Below are positions 22,845 through 36,395 of a DNA stretch of 64,000 bases, piece by piece. Under the pieces are notes generated by a model. That model ran no database searches. It was given only the letters and a program-made list of their open reading frames with translations, and was not told where the DNA came from. The stretch is taken from the NCBI GenBank assembly GCA_024679065.1, contig JAGIQG010000040.1, positions 9,176,001 to 9,240,000 of the forward strand. The letters run 5' to 3'. Origin of the DNA: Sphyrna mokarran (Eukaryota). A program made the translations under genes and the position numbers. Within the stretch, counting starts at the first letter, position 1, and each line of letters begins with the position of its first letter.

Positions 22845-23558
22845 GTAGGGTCGACGGCAGCGTTCTGAGAAACAGAGAGAACTTGGAGTTCATATCCCCA
22901 GATTCTGAAGATTGCCACTCAAGTGAATAGAGCCGTGAAGAAGGCTTATAGTGTGTTAGCATTTATGAACAGGGAGTTTGAGTTTGACAGCTGTGGGGTT
23001 ATGCTGCAACTATATCGGAACTTGGTGAGACCACATTTCGAATATTGTGTTCACTTCTGGGAACTATAAGAAGGATGTGGAAGGATTCGAGAGAGTGCAG
23101 AGGAGATTTCCCAGGAGGCTGCCTGGTTTGGAGGGTAGGTCTTATGAGGAAAGATTGAGGGAGCTGCGGCTTTTCTCTTTAGAGTGGAGGAAGATGAGAG
23201 CCGAATTTAATAGAGGTTTATAAGATGATGAGAGTGATGGGGACGTGCAGAGACTATTTTCTCGGGTGGATGTAACTGTTATTAGGGGGCACAACTGTAA
23301 GGTTCATGGTGAAAGATGTAGGAGGGATGTCCGAGGTAGATTCTTCACTCAGAGAGTGGTTGGGATGTGGAATGCACTGCTTGCTGTGATAATAGAGTCG
23401 GACACTTTAGGAACTTTCAAGCGGTTATTGGATAGGCACATTAAGCACTCCAGGATGATAGGGAGTGGGATAGCTTGATCTTGGGATTGAGCATAGCTTG
23501 GTACAACACTGAGGGCCGAAGGGCCTGTACTGTGCTGTATTGTTCTATGTTTCTATGT
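22845..23558 (+). mobile_element. CR1 LINE 3' fragment
   Basis: Degenerate LVRPH.EYC and RGRFFTQRVV motifs plus a gttctatg tail. Confidence 0.88.
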
Positions 23559-23929
23559 AATTGCATCACTGTGTCTATCCCCAGTGGAAATGTACTGGTC
23601 AATGTTTAGTATTCAGTGCATTAATGGTCTCCCCTGAACTAAACGTTTCTGGGCCAATCGATATTTTTACGGGGAAGTTTGACGTGTTGACGAATGAAAT
23701 GTGAACTGAAGGCGATATTATTGAGTATAGATCAAAGAAGAAGCGAGGAACCTGATGTCGAGCATAAAAACCAGAAAACCAAAAAGAAGAGTAGATCAGT
23801 TGGCCCGAATGGCCTGATTCTGTGCTGTAAACTTTCTGAAACTTTCCAGTCCGCCCCCCGAGTTATTTGAGAAAATAATTGTATCCACCTGTCCTCCAAG
23901 CTGGAAGTCAAAAATAGAAAAGTTTACAA

Positions 23930-25337
23930 TGTAAACGCTGTTTTAAAAAAGGTAGCAGTCAAAAAGGCAGGGAAATATAGTCCCGTTAGTTTAACGTTTT
24001 GTAGTCAGAAAAATGCTCGAATCCGTCATTAAAGAAGAAATAGCGAGACACGTAGAAAAGAATGGTTTGATCAAGCGGACACAGCATGGATTCATTAAGG
24101 GGAAGTCGTCTTTGACGAATTTATTGGATTTCTATGAGGATGTGACTTGTACGGTCGATAGAGGCGAACCGGTGGATGTGGTGTTTTTAGATTTCCAGAA
24201 GCCGTTTGATAACATGCCTCACAAAAGGTTGCTGCATAAGGTTAGGGTGCAAGGAGTTGGGAGTATGGTATTAGCGTGAATAGTGGATTGGTGTTTGTCT
24301 AATAGGAAGCAGAGATTAGGACTCAATGAGCACTATTCTGGTTGGCAGTTAGTGACTAGTGGAGTGTCCCAGGGATCTGTGCTGGAGTCTCAACTGTTTG
24401 CCACATACATAGATGATCTGGAGGAAGGGACTGAGTGTAGGGGAACGAAATTTGCTGATGACACGAAGATGAGTGGGAAAGCAAATTGCGTGGAGGTTGT
24501 GGAAAGTCTGCGGAGGGATCTGGATAGTTTGAGTGAGTGGGCGAGGACCTGGCAGATAGAGTATAATGTTAGAAAGTGTGAAGTCATCCACTTTGATAGA
24601 AATAATAGTAGGAGGGATTATTATTTAAAAGGCGAAAAGCTGCAGAATGCTACGGTGCAGAGGGACCCCGGGGCTCTTTGTGCACGAATCACAAAAACCC
24701 AGTCTGCAGGTGCAGCAGGTTATCAAAAAGGCGAATGGGATGTTGGCCTTTATAGCGAGGGGGATAGAATATAAAAGTAGGGACGTCTTATCGCAATTGT
24801 AGCTGGTGCTGTTGAGGCCGCAGCTGGAGTACTGTTTGCAGTTTTGGTGGCCGCATTTGTGGAAGGATATATTGGCCTTGGAGGAAATGAAGAGAAGGTT
24901 CTCTAGGCTGCCTGTGAGGAGAGATTGAGCAGGCTAGGTTTGTACTGGTTGGAGTTTAGAAGGTTACGCGGAGGGGGATCTTATAGAGACATATAAGATA
25001 ATGAAGGGGATGGATGGGAGAGAGGTACAGAGGATGGCAGAATTAGAGGGCACAGCCTCAAAATAAGGGGGGTTAGATCGGAGTTGAGGAGGAACTTCTT
25101 CACTCAAAGGCTGGTGAGTCCCCGAAATTTTCTGCCTGTTAAAATGGTGGAGGTTTCCTTGCTAATTATATTTAAGTCACGGGTAGATATGTTTATGATA
25201 TACAGGGGAAGTAAGAGTTAAGGGGAGAAAGCGAGTAAGTGGAACTGAACCACTTCAGATCAGCCATGATCTTACTGAATGGCGGGGCAGGCTCGGGGGT
25301 CTAGGTGGCCTACTCCTGCTCCTATTTCTTATGTTCT
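23930..25337 (+). mobile_element. CR1 LINE fragment, second subfamily
   Basis: QHGF, DF.K.FD and FADD motifs; tail cctactcctgctcctatttcttatgttct. Confidence 0.9.
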
Positions 25338-25436
25338 AAAATTGAAATTGCAGCATATTTTCCTGATATCTAACTAGCGGTTTCATTGTCTCCAGAATTC
25401 TCCAGTTTATTGGCATTTATTGTACATTTTCTGCAG

Positions 25437-25828
25437 ATCCAAATCCACGGGAACCGTTGGTCTCTGTCCTCCTGCCCTCCGCAGAAGAAATCTCCGCTCA
25501 GAGATTCGTCTCCCTCAGCTGCTTAGTGAGAGGTTTCTCTCCCCGAGAGATCTTCGTCAAGTGGACCGTCAACGACAAGCCGGTGAATCCCAGGAACTAC
25601 AGGAACACCGCGGTGGTGGCGGAGAACGGCAATAACTCCTTCTTCATGTACAGCCTGTTATCCATTGCAGCAGAGGAATGGTCCAACGGCGCTTCTTACT
25701 CCTGCGTGGTGGGACATGAAGCCATCCCCTTGAAGATCATCAACAGAACAGTTGACAAATCCAGCGGTAAACCCAGTTTTGTGAACATTTCCCTTGCACT
25801 GATGGACACTGTTAATTCCTGTCAATGA
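25437..25828 (+). CDS. IGHM: IgM Cmu4 exon plus secretory tailpiece
   Basis: ctgcag acceptor; ...[10 protein letters not shown]...[11 protein letters not shown]...; tail [20 protein letters not shown] with NIS sequon and penultimate Cys. Internal donor G|gtaaac after 25766 serves the membrane form. Confidence 0.97.
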
Positions 25829-25843
25829 GAATCACTCGTTTAC

Positions 25844-25861
25844 ATTAAATACTTCAATAAA
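25844..25861 (+). terminator. Poly(A) signal, secreted form
   Basis: ATTAAA at 25844 and AATAAA at 25856-25861. Confidence 0.8.
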
Positions 25862-26614
25862 AAATCTTTTCCTCTAATGACAAATGAAATACCCAATTAT
25901 TTAATTGGTTGCTTTTCATTTTTACTTCCGTTATAAATTTTTAGTTTGAGTCAGATATTTTTCATGTCTCGGAACTAAATCTTGCTGAACCTGTGCGCTC
26001 TGCCTAGATACACACAGATACAAAACAAATTAAACACATCATTACAGGATTCAGGAAAATATCTTCATAGTCTTTCCTCCCACTGAGGAGAGATATGACA
26101 ATTTCAACAATTCTGACAAACATAACATTTAGATTTCAGTGTTCCTGTTTCTCTCATTGTTCATTCCTTTATCCATTGATGACAGCTTTCAGCTGCTGCA
26201 CCACACCCACTGAAGTGAGTGTCACACAGAAACATGGAGCAACTATCCCCCCATCAGAGAGAGGGAGGAGCAATTGTTAACATACCGGATTCCTACTCAC
26301 CCAACAAAGAGAGAGGAGGGGCAATCGCTAAGCCATGTCCCACCACTTCCTCAATGAAACGAGGAAGAATGTCATTATTTAATCCACTCTACCTTCACCT
26401 CCTGGGTGGTTAGAACCATCAGAGACATTGCATTACCGGATAGACACAGGTAAACACTGAGCTCGCTCTCCTTCCTCTCCCCAAGTAGCGTGTTTGGAAG
26501 GGAACGACTCTTTACTGTAAGGACCCAATTGCCAACAGTTCAAATTAGTTTCCGGTTTACTTGCTATAGATTTTGAAGTATCACTTTCATTACCAATGTG
26601 TCCTTCAAGTATGT

Positions 26615-26616
<2 letters not shown>

Positions 26617-26648
<32 letters not shown>

Positions 26649-27870
26649 AATATAATACATATGCAACATAATTCAAAAATGTTTCAACACTCTTGTTCCT
26701 GTTAGCCATGTGCTGACATCGATTTCCCATAATACAAATTTAAACACATAATTGAATCCTACCCGGATTTCACTGTTCTGTTACTGAGGTTTCTGAGATG
26801 CATCAATGAATTATTTCATTCGTTCTCTTCACATCACCGTGCCCTTCACATTTAAACAGCAAACTCCGAAAATATGCTCCATTACTCGGATTGTTTGGAT
26901 CACGTTCAGTTAACGATTATATAGACACACTGATATCATTATGTCCAACACATAAAAGAAATTTAAACAGCAAAACTCTAAAATATACTCCATTACTCGG
27001 ACTGCTTGGATCACGCAGAATTAATGATTGTCCGTGAAACTTGAAGCAACAGTTAAAAAATAAACACACTGACCATACTACACAAAACTGTCACAGTTAG
27101 AAATACAGGTGTAGGCGTATGTATACACAGACACGAATTTATCGGCTCGTGCTTACACAAACTGGCACTAAAAAAAAACAAACGTTCATAATCAAATACA
27201 TACAAAAACTCACACACACATATACACATAAAACACACAAGTTCATATTCTGACGTGAATCGGTACACAGACCAAACACAAACACAGACATGCATAGACA
27301 CAATACAGACACATGCATGCAACCCACATAAATGCACAAACACACACATACTCACAAAAATCAAATAAGTTACTCAAATATATATATTTATTTATTTGTA
27401 GCACACATTCACGCTGACAGGAGTATAGATATAGAGATACACAATGATCTACACATTAACAGACATATATGGAAATGCATATAAACAAATAAGCAGACTG
27501 CACATAGATGAATTGACAGCAAAACATTTGTACACAAACATTAACATGCTCATACAGAACAGAACACCGTAGCGCACATTATTACATGTCGAAACACAAA
27601 CATATGTCAAGATATCGTTATAAAGAACTGTCAACACGTACATAGATACATACATGTTAACAGGTACACACACAGACTCATGGGAAAACAGACACAGACG
27701 GAAAGGGAAACAAACAGTAATAGAATGACAGAAATTGCAACATCGTAATAGATATGCACCCATTAAGAGTGATATTAACACATATACATAAAATTAACAC
27801 AGTAATAGCCATACATACATAATGACAGAAGAAAAAAATTTTCACAGAGATGCAAACACACAACAGTACA
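26617..27870. repeat. (AC)n microsatellite, ~111-bp duplication (26850/26961) and AC-rich tract
   Basis: Directly visible. Confidence 0.8.
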
Positions 27871-28529
27871 AATCAACAAACACTGACAAATGAATGCGTA
27901 CATTAAAGCTCTTGTACATATATTAACTCAGAGCCAAAGATAAATGCAGACCACGAGATGCTCAAGCACAAAATCTTAAATAAAAATGGTAGGTAAATAA
28001 AGTAAAATTTAAACATGAATTTTAAAGGGCATGTCTACCGACAACTCGCCCAATGTACGTTGCATCAAGAACAAGTTGAGAAACTAAATTAAGCTAGTGA
28101 TCTACTAACTATTGCCACCATAAATAAGAAAAGATAAGAAATTATATCCCAGTTGTTAAACAACAGCATTCACAGTTTACAGATCAGTAACCATCTGTGA
28201 AAACAATCATTGATCAGTGAATGTTCCTCCATATCAGCCATAACATTCTTCAAAAAGGGTTCGTGCTAAATTGATCAAAAATGAACGGATAGGCAAGAAA
28301 ACATCTTAGTGCTTCCTGACACGGACTGTCCAAGGAATGTACATAAAGATCAACTGTGAAAATAGTTACAGAGATCGGTTTTTGAGTGTCCTGAATTTAG
28401 CAGTAGATAGAACTTGAAACGTATACAGAGAATAAATTAACAGCTTATGAAGAAGGAACAGAAAAAAAATATAAGATTCCCTGCATAAATAAAGTAGTCT
28501 ATTTTCAATTTCTGGTCTCCGCCCCCTAG

Positions 28530-28657
28530 ACCCCACCGACGGCATCTGGATTGAATACAATGGGGGTGATAACAGCAACATCTGGACAACCGCTTCCACA
28601 TTCATCGTCCTGTTCTTCCTGAGCATTTTCTACAGCACTGCCGTCACTCTGGTGAAG
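28530..28657 (+). CDS. IGHM: IgM TM1 exon
   Basis: ccctag acceptor; [43 protein letters not shown] with the conserved antigen-receptor TM motif; donor gtgaga. Confidence 0.95.
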
Positions 28658-28795
28658 GTGAGATTATTCAATTCGTTCACATTTGAAACGGGCTGAACGG
28701 ATTTAAAAATCTCTCAATGTTTCACTGATTAAAAACTGTAACATTAATGTCCCGCATCACAAACATCTGCTTCATTATGTATTATTATTTTACAG

Positions 28796-28804
28796 ATCAA
28801 ATGA
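28796..28804 (+). CDS. IGHM: IgM TM2 exon (IK-stop)
   Basis: ttttacag|ATC AAA TGA, giving cytoplasmic tail KIK. Confidence 0.9.
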   Translation: MK

Positions 28805-29255
28805 TGGGTTAAATTTTGGACGCTGCAGATTTCCGTCAGCTGATTAGCAAGATCTCTCAGTGATTCATGTACAATATCTCCTCTTGGTGACTCTATCAGT
28901 AAAATTCTTACAGTTTTTTATTCTGAATCTGAAACTAAAACAATCATAGACCTTATTTCAATTTTTCGTGTGAAATATGCGAGATATTATTATTATAAAT
29001 ATAATTATGTTAATAGTTTTCCCGTAGTTTAAATTTCAGGTCTAAATAAGAAATTGTTCTAATTCCTTATTCATATTTTCTAATGCCTCATTCTATGAAT
29101 GTCCTGTTTTCTCTTTCTAGTGTATGGAACATATGTATAAATATTGACGAATTCCCTGTGCATGTGTTCTGTTCTCAACGTGAAGCTCGGTCGCTACGTT
29201 CACTTTCGTGACTTTAAAAAATAATTTTGCTGTAAAATGTTCTCTGAATTTTTAA

Positions 29256-29272
29256 AATAAATTTTGAATAAA
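29256..29272 (+). terminator. Poly(A) signals, membrane form
   Basis: Two AATAAA hexamers (29256, 29267). Confidence 0.7.
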
Positions 29273-29416
29273 ACTTTAACCATCTCTGGCTTGGCTTAAT
29301 TCTGTCCTCCAAACCCATCACATCTGCTCCATTTCCCATATTGTAGGTTTTTCTCCCCCTTTCCCAGACAAGCATGTTCCCCCAGTCATGGGCGGGATGT
29401 GGTTGATTCAGTCACT

Positions 29417-29433
29417 GCACCACCCAGTGGCCA
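29417..29433 (-). promoter_or_regulatory. Candidate CTCF site at the 3' edge of the IgM cluster
   Basis: Minus strand reads TGGCCACTGGGTGGTGC, close to the CTCF consensus. Confidence 0.45.
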
Positions 29434-29719
29434 ATCTGTGTAAAACACCTTAATCTCTGCCTTTTTATAATAAAATCCAGAGACAGAATGAGTGAAGAAT
29501 GAGGAGACCTCCGTAATTTCACTCATAAACTGGTCTGTCACTGACCGAGATTCAGGTAATTTTAAACAGCAACGGTTCTGCTTCATCAGCGGCCGATGCA
29601 GGATCGTGTTTGGCAGGAAATAGTTTCCTTTACCCTGCCCCTCAAAAACACTATCAGAGTCGCTACAGTGTGGGTTAACAGAGTAAAATTCTCTCTATAT
29701 CGTCAGATGAAATACGTAC

Positions 29720-32700
29720 AAGGCAGGCATATCACACGCTAGATAGAGAACACATACAGAACAGAGGTGAAAACCATGAGGTGAAACCAAGAGATTGAGG
29801 TGTATTTCATGTAAATACACAATAGATTACAAATGTCCAAATTATGTCTAGTGTTATGGGATAATTTGAGGTGACCAATACTGTCTTTAACTACAGAGAA
29901 TATAAAACTCACGAGGCAGATATCTCTGTGTAAGGACGGAACATTTATTTAAAACCTAAACACAACAAGCAGCTGTTCGGAGTTGACAAAAAGGGTTAAG
30001 AATCCCTGGGATACAGCGGCAGGTCCTTTCCAATGAATCTAATGTGTACAATCACTAACAAATCAATTACAGATTTTTTTACAGATCATTCCCGACTCAT
30101 ATTAGTTCAAAAACCATTACGTTCAGTAAACATAAAGCAATAATAATTCCTAGTAAGTTTCTCAGCCAATCGCATTTTATAACCCATTTTATAATCATGA
30201 TATCTCCCTCATCCATTTAAATCGGAGGCTGACTCATCTGTAATCTGTATCTGGGGGAATCAGAAAGATGAAACAGCGTCATTCATTCACAGAGTTTTAT
30301 AGCATAGAAGCAGGTCCTTCGGCGCAACATATCTATGCCGTCTTCTTAAACTGGTAAAAAGGTCCCTATTGCCCGCGTTAGGCCCATATCTCTCGATAAC
30401 CATCTTACTCATGTAACTTCCATAGGGTTTATTTTTAAAGACAAAATTATACCTGCCTGTGCCACTAGCTCTGGCATCTTGTCCCAGACATTCACGACCT
30501 TTTGTGTGAAAAAAATGTCCCTCTGCACTCTTTCATATCTTTCCCTTCTTACGTTAAACCTATGCCCTCTAGATTTAGACAGCGATGCAGTGGGAAAAGA
30601 TATCCATTATCTAACTGATACGGGCCCGATATTACTTTATAGGCCTCTATAAGATAACCACTCAGCCGCCTGCACTCCAAAAAAAATCTATCCAATCAAG
30701 TTACTTGCCTTTAGTAGCAGAAGCATTGATGAAAAGCGACCGCTGGAGCTGTATAAAACTCCCATGATGCCACGGTTAGTGTACCACGTGCAGATTCATT
30801 AGGATGATACTGGTGCCGAACCACTTTAACAAGGAGAATAGTTTCGATTCATTACACATTCGAGGATTCGGTTCACTGCACATACAGACGTTGCTGTATT
30901 AGAAAGAGTATTAAGGATATTCAACAAGATGCTACCTGGACTGAAGTTTGCGGCGATGAAAAAAGGCTGGATGACCTGGGGTTATTTTCTTTAAAGTGGA
31001 GAAGATGAGAGGAACTTCACTAATTGTACCAAACTATGAGGGATATAGATAAACCAGATGAAAATAACCATTGTCCTTAGTAGAGGTGTCAATAACCAGG
31101 GGCATAGATCTAAGGATAGGAGAATGATATTGACAGGGGATTTGCAGAAAAGGAAAAGAAAACAAAATCTTGTTAATCTAGAAAGTGATGGTAATTGAGA
31201 ACTCAATGCCTGAAAATATGGCAGGAGAAAGAACCCTCACATTTAAGAAACATTTGGATCAACACTTGAAACATAGCATGCAAGGAAGCGAATCAGCTGT
31301 TGCAAAATGGGATGCGATAAAATAGGCGTTATATGGCCGAAGGGCCTCTTTCAATGCTGGAAGTCTCTATCACTACATTATCTCTTTCAGGAAGTTAGCA
31401 ACTGTCGTAACTCAGCATTTAGAACAATAACAGTGGCTGTGAGCACTGTGTTATGGGCCTTACATCTCTGAAGTCCTGTATCTAAAGCCCAATAGTGTCT
31501 GATTCTAGAGAGACGGAATACACATTGGTCTAAATTGATGAAAGCCAAGCACGTACTGATGTATGTTTTACCCAGTGAGCTTGGTGAAGGGACATAGCAG
31601 AACCTTCTTCAGGTCCTCTCGGAATTTGGTTTGGGTGACTGGGTAGATGAAGACGTTGTTGCAGGAACTGACTAGCTGAAGCAAGTTTGCTGTTTCCTGA
31701 AAGATGTACCGTGGGTCTTCGAAATCCAGGCTGGTGCGGTAGCCCACACCTGTAATCCAAACATAGAGGAAGTATATGACATAGGTGACCCAGAGGAGGA
31801 GGAAGCTGAGGGCGATGGCGAAAAGCAGGATGATGGACCTCTTGCGGTTGGCCATCTCTGGGTCCCCGTGACTCTCCGTGCCCCGGAGTCTCCTGCGAGC
31901 TCTGCTGGCCGCTAAGATGTGTTTTACGGTCAGAGCGTTAAGAAGCAGGATGAGGAGGAACGGGAGAAATGGAGTTAAGGTGTTGTCCAGCCAGTCATAG
32001 GCCTGCCAGGCGGGCAGCGTGTAATAACTGGACTTAAAAACACAGAACCAGGGCACCCCGTCCAAGGTGTACAAGGGCTGGTAAGCGAAGTAGAAAGGGA
32101 CATTCCTGACACAGCTCAGGATGCAGACTATTCCTATAACCAGCAATACGGTTTTCTCGGTACAGTATCTGGTCTTCAGCCTCTGGCAGCAGATGGCCAC
32201 AAAACGGTCGATGGTGAAAGCCACTGTCAACCAGACAGATGAATCCCGGGTAAAATAGACCAGCAGATTGCTGAATGTACATGCGGGAGTGGTTGACAGG
32301 ACGCTGTTCTGAAAGTAGATGCGGCCAATCCGGTTGAGGATTACGGCAGTGATGATGACAAGGAAATCAGTCAATGCTATCGCGATAAGATAGTAGGTGA
32401 TGGACCGTGACAGTCCGCACCGTCCTCGGAATAAGATTACGATGGTCACCAAGTTGGCTGTGAGATAGAAAGAGACAGAGAGAGGTGTTACTAGGAGGAC
32501 TATAAACACTAGCTGCTGCGCTAACCAATCAGTTACTGAGAACGGCTCCATCCTTCATTTTCCCAACTCCAGTCTCCATTGATTGTAAAATCTTGGCAAT
32601 AGCACTACATTCAAAACGGGATTAAAGTTATTTTCAATTAGGGGCAATCAGGCCAAATTTTATCTCTGCGCTCTTGTCACTGAGTTGATCCCGTCAAATA

Positions 32701-35550
32701 ATAATCAAATTTCAGATACTACAGGAAAATTTGCTGTCACTGTTCTTCGTACTAATTCCATCCATCCATCAGCCTTAGCAGCCCTCTTTCAGGCAGCGTC
32801 TCTGTATTTATAATATCCTCCTTCAAATTTTAAACCCCTCCAAATTTTGCCTTTCCAGGTTTTGATAACATGCTACAGCAATCTGAGATCACACTGTATC
32901 TCCGAGTGTGGACTTCAATGCCCCTGGTTTTCAATTTGCCTTTACCTGCCAAGACCCTAACCTCGAGAACACCTTCTTTCAAAGACTAAACTTTCCGTTG
33001 TGCTTCAGGACGATCCTCAGAAAATAAATTTGTTGAACAATTCTAAGTCATTTTTGTCGTCAGTATAAAGTTGATTTGTTAAAGACTTGTGAAGTGTCCC
33101 CATTCTACTGATCGGGGTGTCTGAAGAAACAAACGCCTCATCGCCTTCTCAAATGAAAGCTAGAGGTGGACAAGATATATTGGAGGTCGGAACATCGTTT
33201 CATGTAACCACTGAATGTAAGCTCTATGTCAATGAATCTAATTGAATTATTAGATTGCAATAACTCATTTTACTGAGACTGTGCATACTAGTGGATGAAA
33301 TACAGGCCACATTATAGACTTTATTCTGCACAATACTGAAAATATTGCAAGGCATTTTGCTACATTAAACCTGAATATTCAACAATAAAATGTTAAAGTT
33401 ATGCAACGCCATACAGTTCAAGTCATGCAAATGATTTGGAACTTTTCCCCTACCAGGAACACCAATGGCAGCGAGAATGGGATAAGAGATGGCGAAGAAG
33501 ATACCTTTCGCTGGTCCATGCATCCTCTCCTAGTAAGTGAAATGAAGTTTAAACCTGAGTTTCGCGGTGGTTTCATTGTGTCCCACATTTATTCTGAGTG
33601 AGCGTCTCCAGAGGTTTAATTAAGTTGGAACCTGCACCTTAGTTACAGGCCGGTGAACAAACAGATTCACTCATTGTCTGGTACCGCCATTGCACCATTG
33701 GCAAACATAGAAACAAAGAACATTATAGCACACTACAGGCCTTTCGGCTCTCAATGTTGTGCCGAGCTATGTCCAATCGCAAGGTCAAGCTATTTCCTCC
33801 TTATAATTCTGGAGTGCTCCATATGCCTATCCAATAACCGCTTGAAAGTTCCTGAAGTGTCCGACTGCACGATCATAGCAGGCAGCATATTCCACATTCC
33901 AATCGTTCTATGAGTAAAGAATTTACCTTGGACATCCCTCCTATAACTCCCACCATATTTGAACCTTTTATTTATGCACCCTAGTAACATGGTACATCGA
34001 AGCGAAGAAATATTCTCTGCATGTCCACTTTATGAATTCCTCTCATCATCTTATAAACCTGCAGTAAGTCGCCTCCTCCACTCCAAAGAGAAAAGCCCCA
34101 GTTCCCTCACCTTTCCTCTAAGACCTACTCTCCAAACCACGCAGCATCCTGGTAAATCTCCGCTGCACTCTCTCCAATGTTTCTACATTCTTCTTTTAAT
34201 GAGGTCACCAGAACTGAACACAATACACCAAATGTGGTCTCACCAACGTCCGGTATATTTGCAGCATAACTCCATGGCTCTTAAACTTAAACCCCCTGTT
34301 AATGAAGCTAACACACCCTTAGCCTTCTTCACAACTGTATTCACTTGAGTGGCAACCTTCAGTGATCTGTAGATATGAATCCCAAGATCTCTCTGTTCCT
34401 CCACATTCCTTAGAACCCTGCCGTTGACCCTGTAATCTGCATTCAAGTTTGTCCTACCAAAATGAATTACCTCACACTTATCAGGTTTAAACTCCAACTG
34501 CCACTTTTCAGCCCAGCTCTGCAACCTATCAATGTCTCTTTGCAGCCTGCAAGAGCCCTCCACCTCATCCATAACTCCACCAATCTTAGTCTCGTCAGCA
34601 AATTTACTAACTCACCCTTGAGCCCTTTCTTCCAAGTCATTGATAAAAATCCCAAAAAAACAGAGGACCCTGCACTGACCGCTGTGGTACACTGCTAGTA
34701 ACTGTCCTCCAGTTTGAAATCTTTCCCTCCACCACCACCCTCTGTCTTCTATGTTACAACCAATTACTTGTTCAATTGACCAAACTTCCTTCTATCTACC
34801 AGCTCCGTATCTTCTTCATGAGCCTACCACAAGGAGACTTATCAAACGTGTTACTAAAATCCATGTATACAACATCAACAGCTCTACCCTCGTCCACACA
34901 CTTAGGTACCTCCTCAAAGAATTCAAACAAATTTGTGAGACAGGACTTATTCCTCATGAAACCGTGCTGACTATCCTGGATTAAACTGAATCTTTCCATA
35001 TGGTCATAAATTCTATCTCTCAGGACTTTTTCCATTAACTTACCGACTGTGAAGTAAGACTAACTGGCCTATAATTACGAGGGACATTCTTATTTCCTTT
35101 CTTGAAAAGAGGAACAACATTTGCCACTCTCCAGTCCTCTGGTACTATCCCTGTGGACAGTGAGGACCAAAGATCAAAGCTAAAGTCTCTGCAATTTCAT
35201 TCTTTGCCTCCCAAAGTACCCTAAGATGTATCTCATCTGATCCAGGGGACTTATCGACCCTCGGGCTTTTGAAAATTGCTAATACATCTTCCCTCTGAAC
35301 ATCTACCTCCTGGATCCTATCGTCCTGTATCACACACACATCCTCAAAAACATGGCCCCTTTCCTTAATGAACACTGAAGAATAGTATTCATTCAATGCC
35401 TCAACTATCTCTTCTGACTCCATGCACAAGTTCCCACTACTATCTTTGACTGGCCCTAACCTCACCCTGGTCATTCTTTTATTTCTTACATAAGAGTAAA
35501 AGGCCTTGGGGTTTTCTTTAATCCGATCTACTAAGTATTTCTCATGTACT
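29720..35550. repeat. Left arm of large inverted segmental duplication
   Basis: 30702-35550 is the reverse complement of ~38905-43923; 29720-30696 is the reverse complement of ~47003-47973. Confidence 0.9.
31568..33523 (-). CDS. GPR139/GPR142-like class A GPCR, copy A (319 aa; exons 33523-33454 and 32457-31568)
   Basis: Exon 1 MHGPAKGIFFAISYPILAAIGVP with gtaggg donor; exon 2 starts ANLVTIV; seven hydrophobic segments, DRF motif, open frame. Confidence 0.9.
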
Positions 35551-35820
35551 CTCCTATCTCTCCTCAGTCCTTTCTTTAACTCATTCCTAGCTACATTGTA
35601 ACACACAATTGACCCAACTGAACCTTTTTATTTCATCCTTGCGTACACTTATTCTTTTCCTCTTGTCAAGACATTCATTCTCCTTTGTGAACCATGGTTC
35701 CCTCACTTGGCCATTTCCTCCCTGCCTGCCAGGGACATACCTATCAAGGGCACGCAGTGTTTGTTCCTTGAAAGAGTTCCACTTTTCGTTTGTGCCCATA
35801 CCTGACAGTTTCTGTTCTGA
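33705..35820 (-). mobile_element. Degenerate CR1 LINE
   Basis: Fragmented RT ORFs (QHGF, DFS.TFD, KSPG.D.IH); tail catagaaacaaagaacatt at 33706. Confidence 0.9.
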
Positions 35821-35896
35821 CCTGAGGTTGTGAAAGTTGCTATATAAATGCAAGTACTGTCAACTCCAGTCTCTTAGCAGCAGCATCATCAATATT

Positions 35897-36395
35897 TCAC
35901 CAATGGGGTAATGAGCAAAGTTCAGTCCTGAATCCGGTAAACAGCCGCACAATCAGAGCAGTGCAGTGATCTGTGAACTCGCTGGTGTACCAGTAGGCTT
36001 TATGATCGAACAAAACACTTTCCATATGTGGAGTATGTGGAAGATTACTCCGCGGTGTAAATTCGGTATTTTGTCTGCAGAGTAGATGAATTAATAAATC
36101 GCTTCCCACATTCGGAGCAGGAAAATGATCCCTCATTGGTGTGAACTCACTGGTATATCAGCACATGCGATATCGAATAAATCCCTTTCCACACTCAGGA
36201 TTGGTTTTTCCCCAGTGTGAACGCACTTGTTTATCAGCAGGTGGGATGGTCGCGAAAATCCCTTTCCACATCCAGAGCAGATGAACGGTCTGTTCTCAGT
36301 GTGAATCTGCTGGTGTGTCAGCAGATTCGAGACTAAGTGAATCCCTTCCCACACTGAGGGTAGATGAACGGTCTCTCCCCAGTGTGAGTACACTG
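35897..36395 (-). pseudogene. C2H2 zinc-finger gene remnant
   Basis: [23 protein letters not shown]...HTGEKP with frameshifts. Confidence 0.8.

Noticed and set aside
32458-32551. ORF-track N-termini of the GPCRs (also 42099-42153 and the start at 57207)
   Set aside because: These are intron read-through or internal starts; the true starts are in upstream 70-nt exons.
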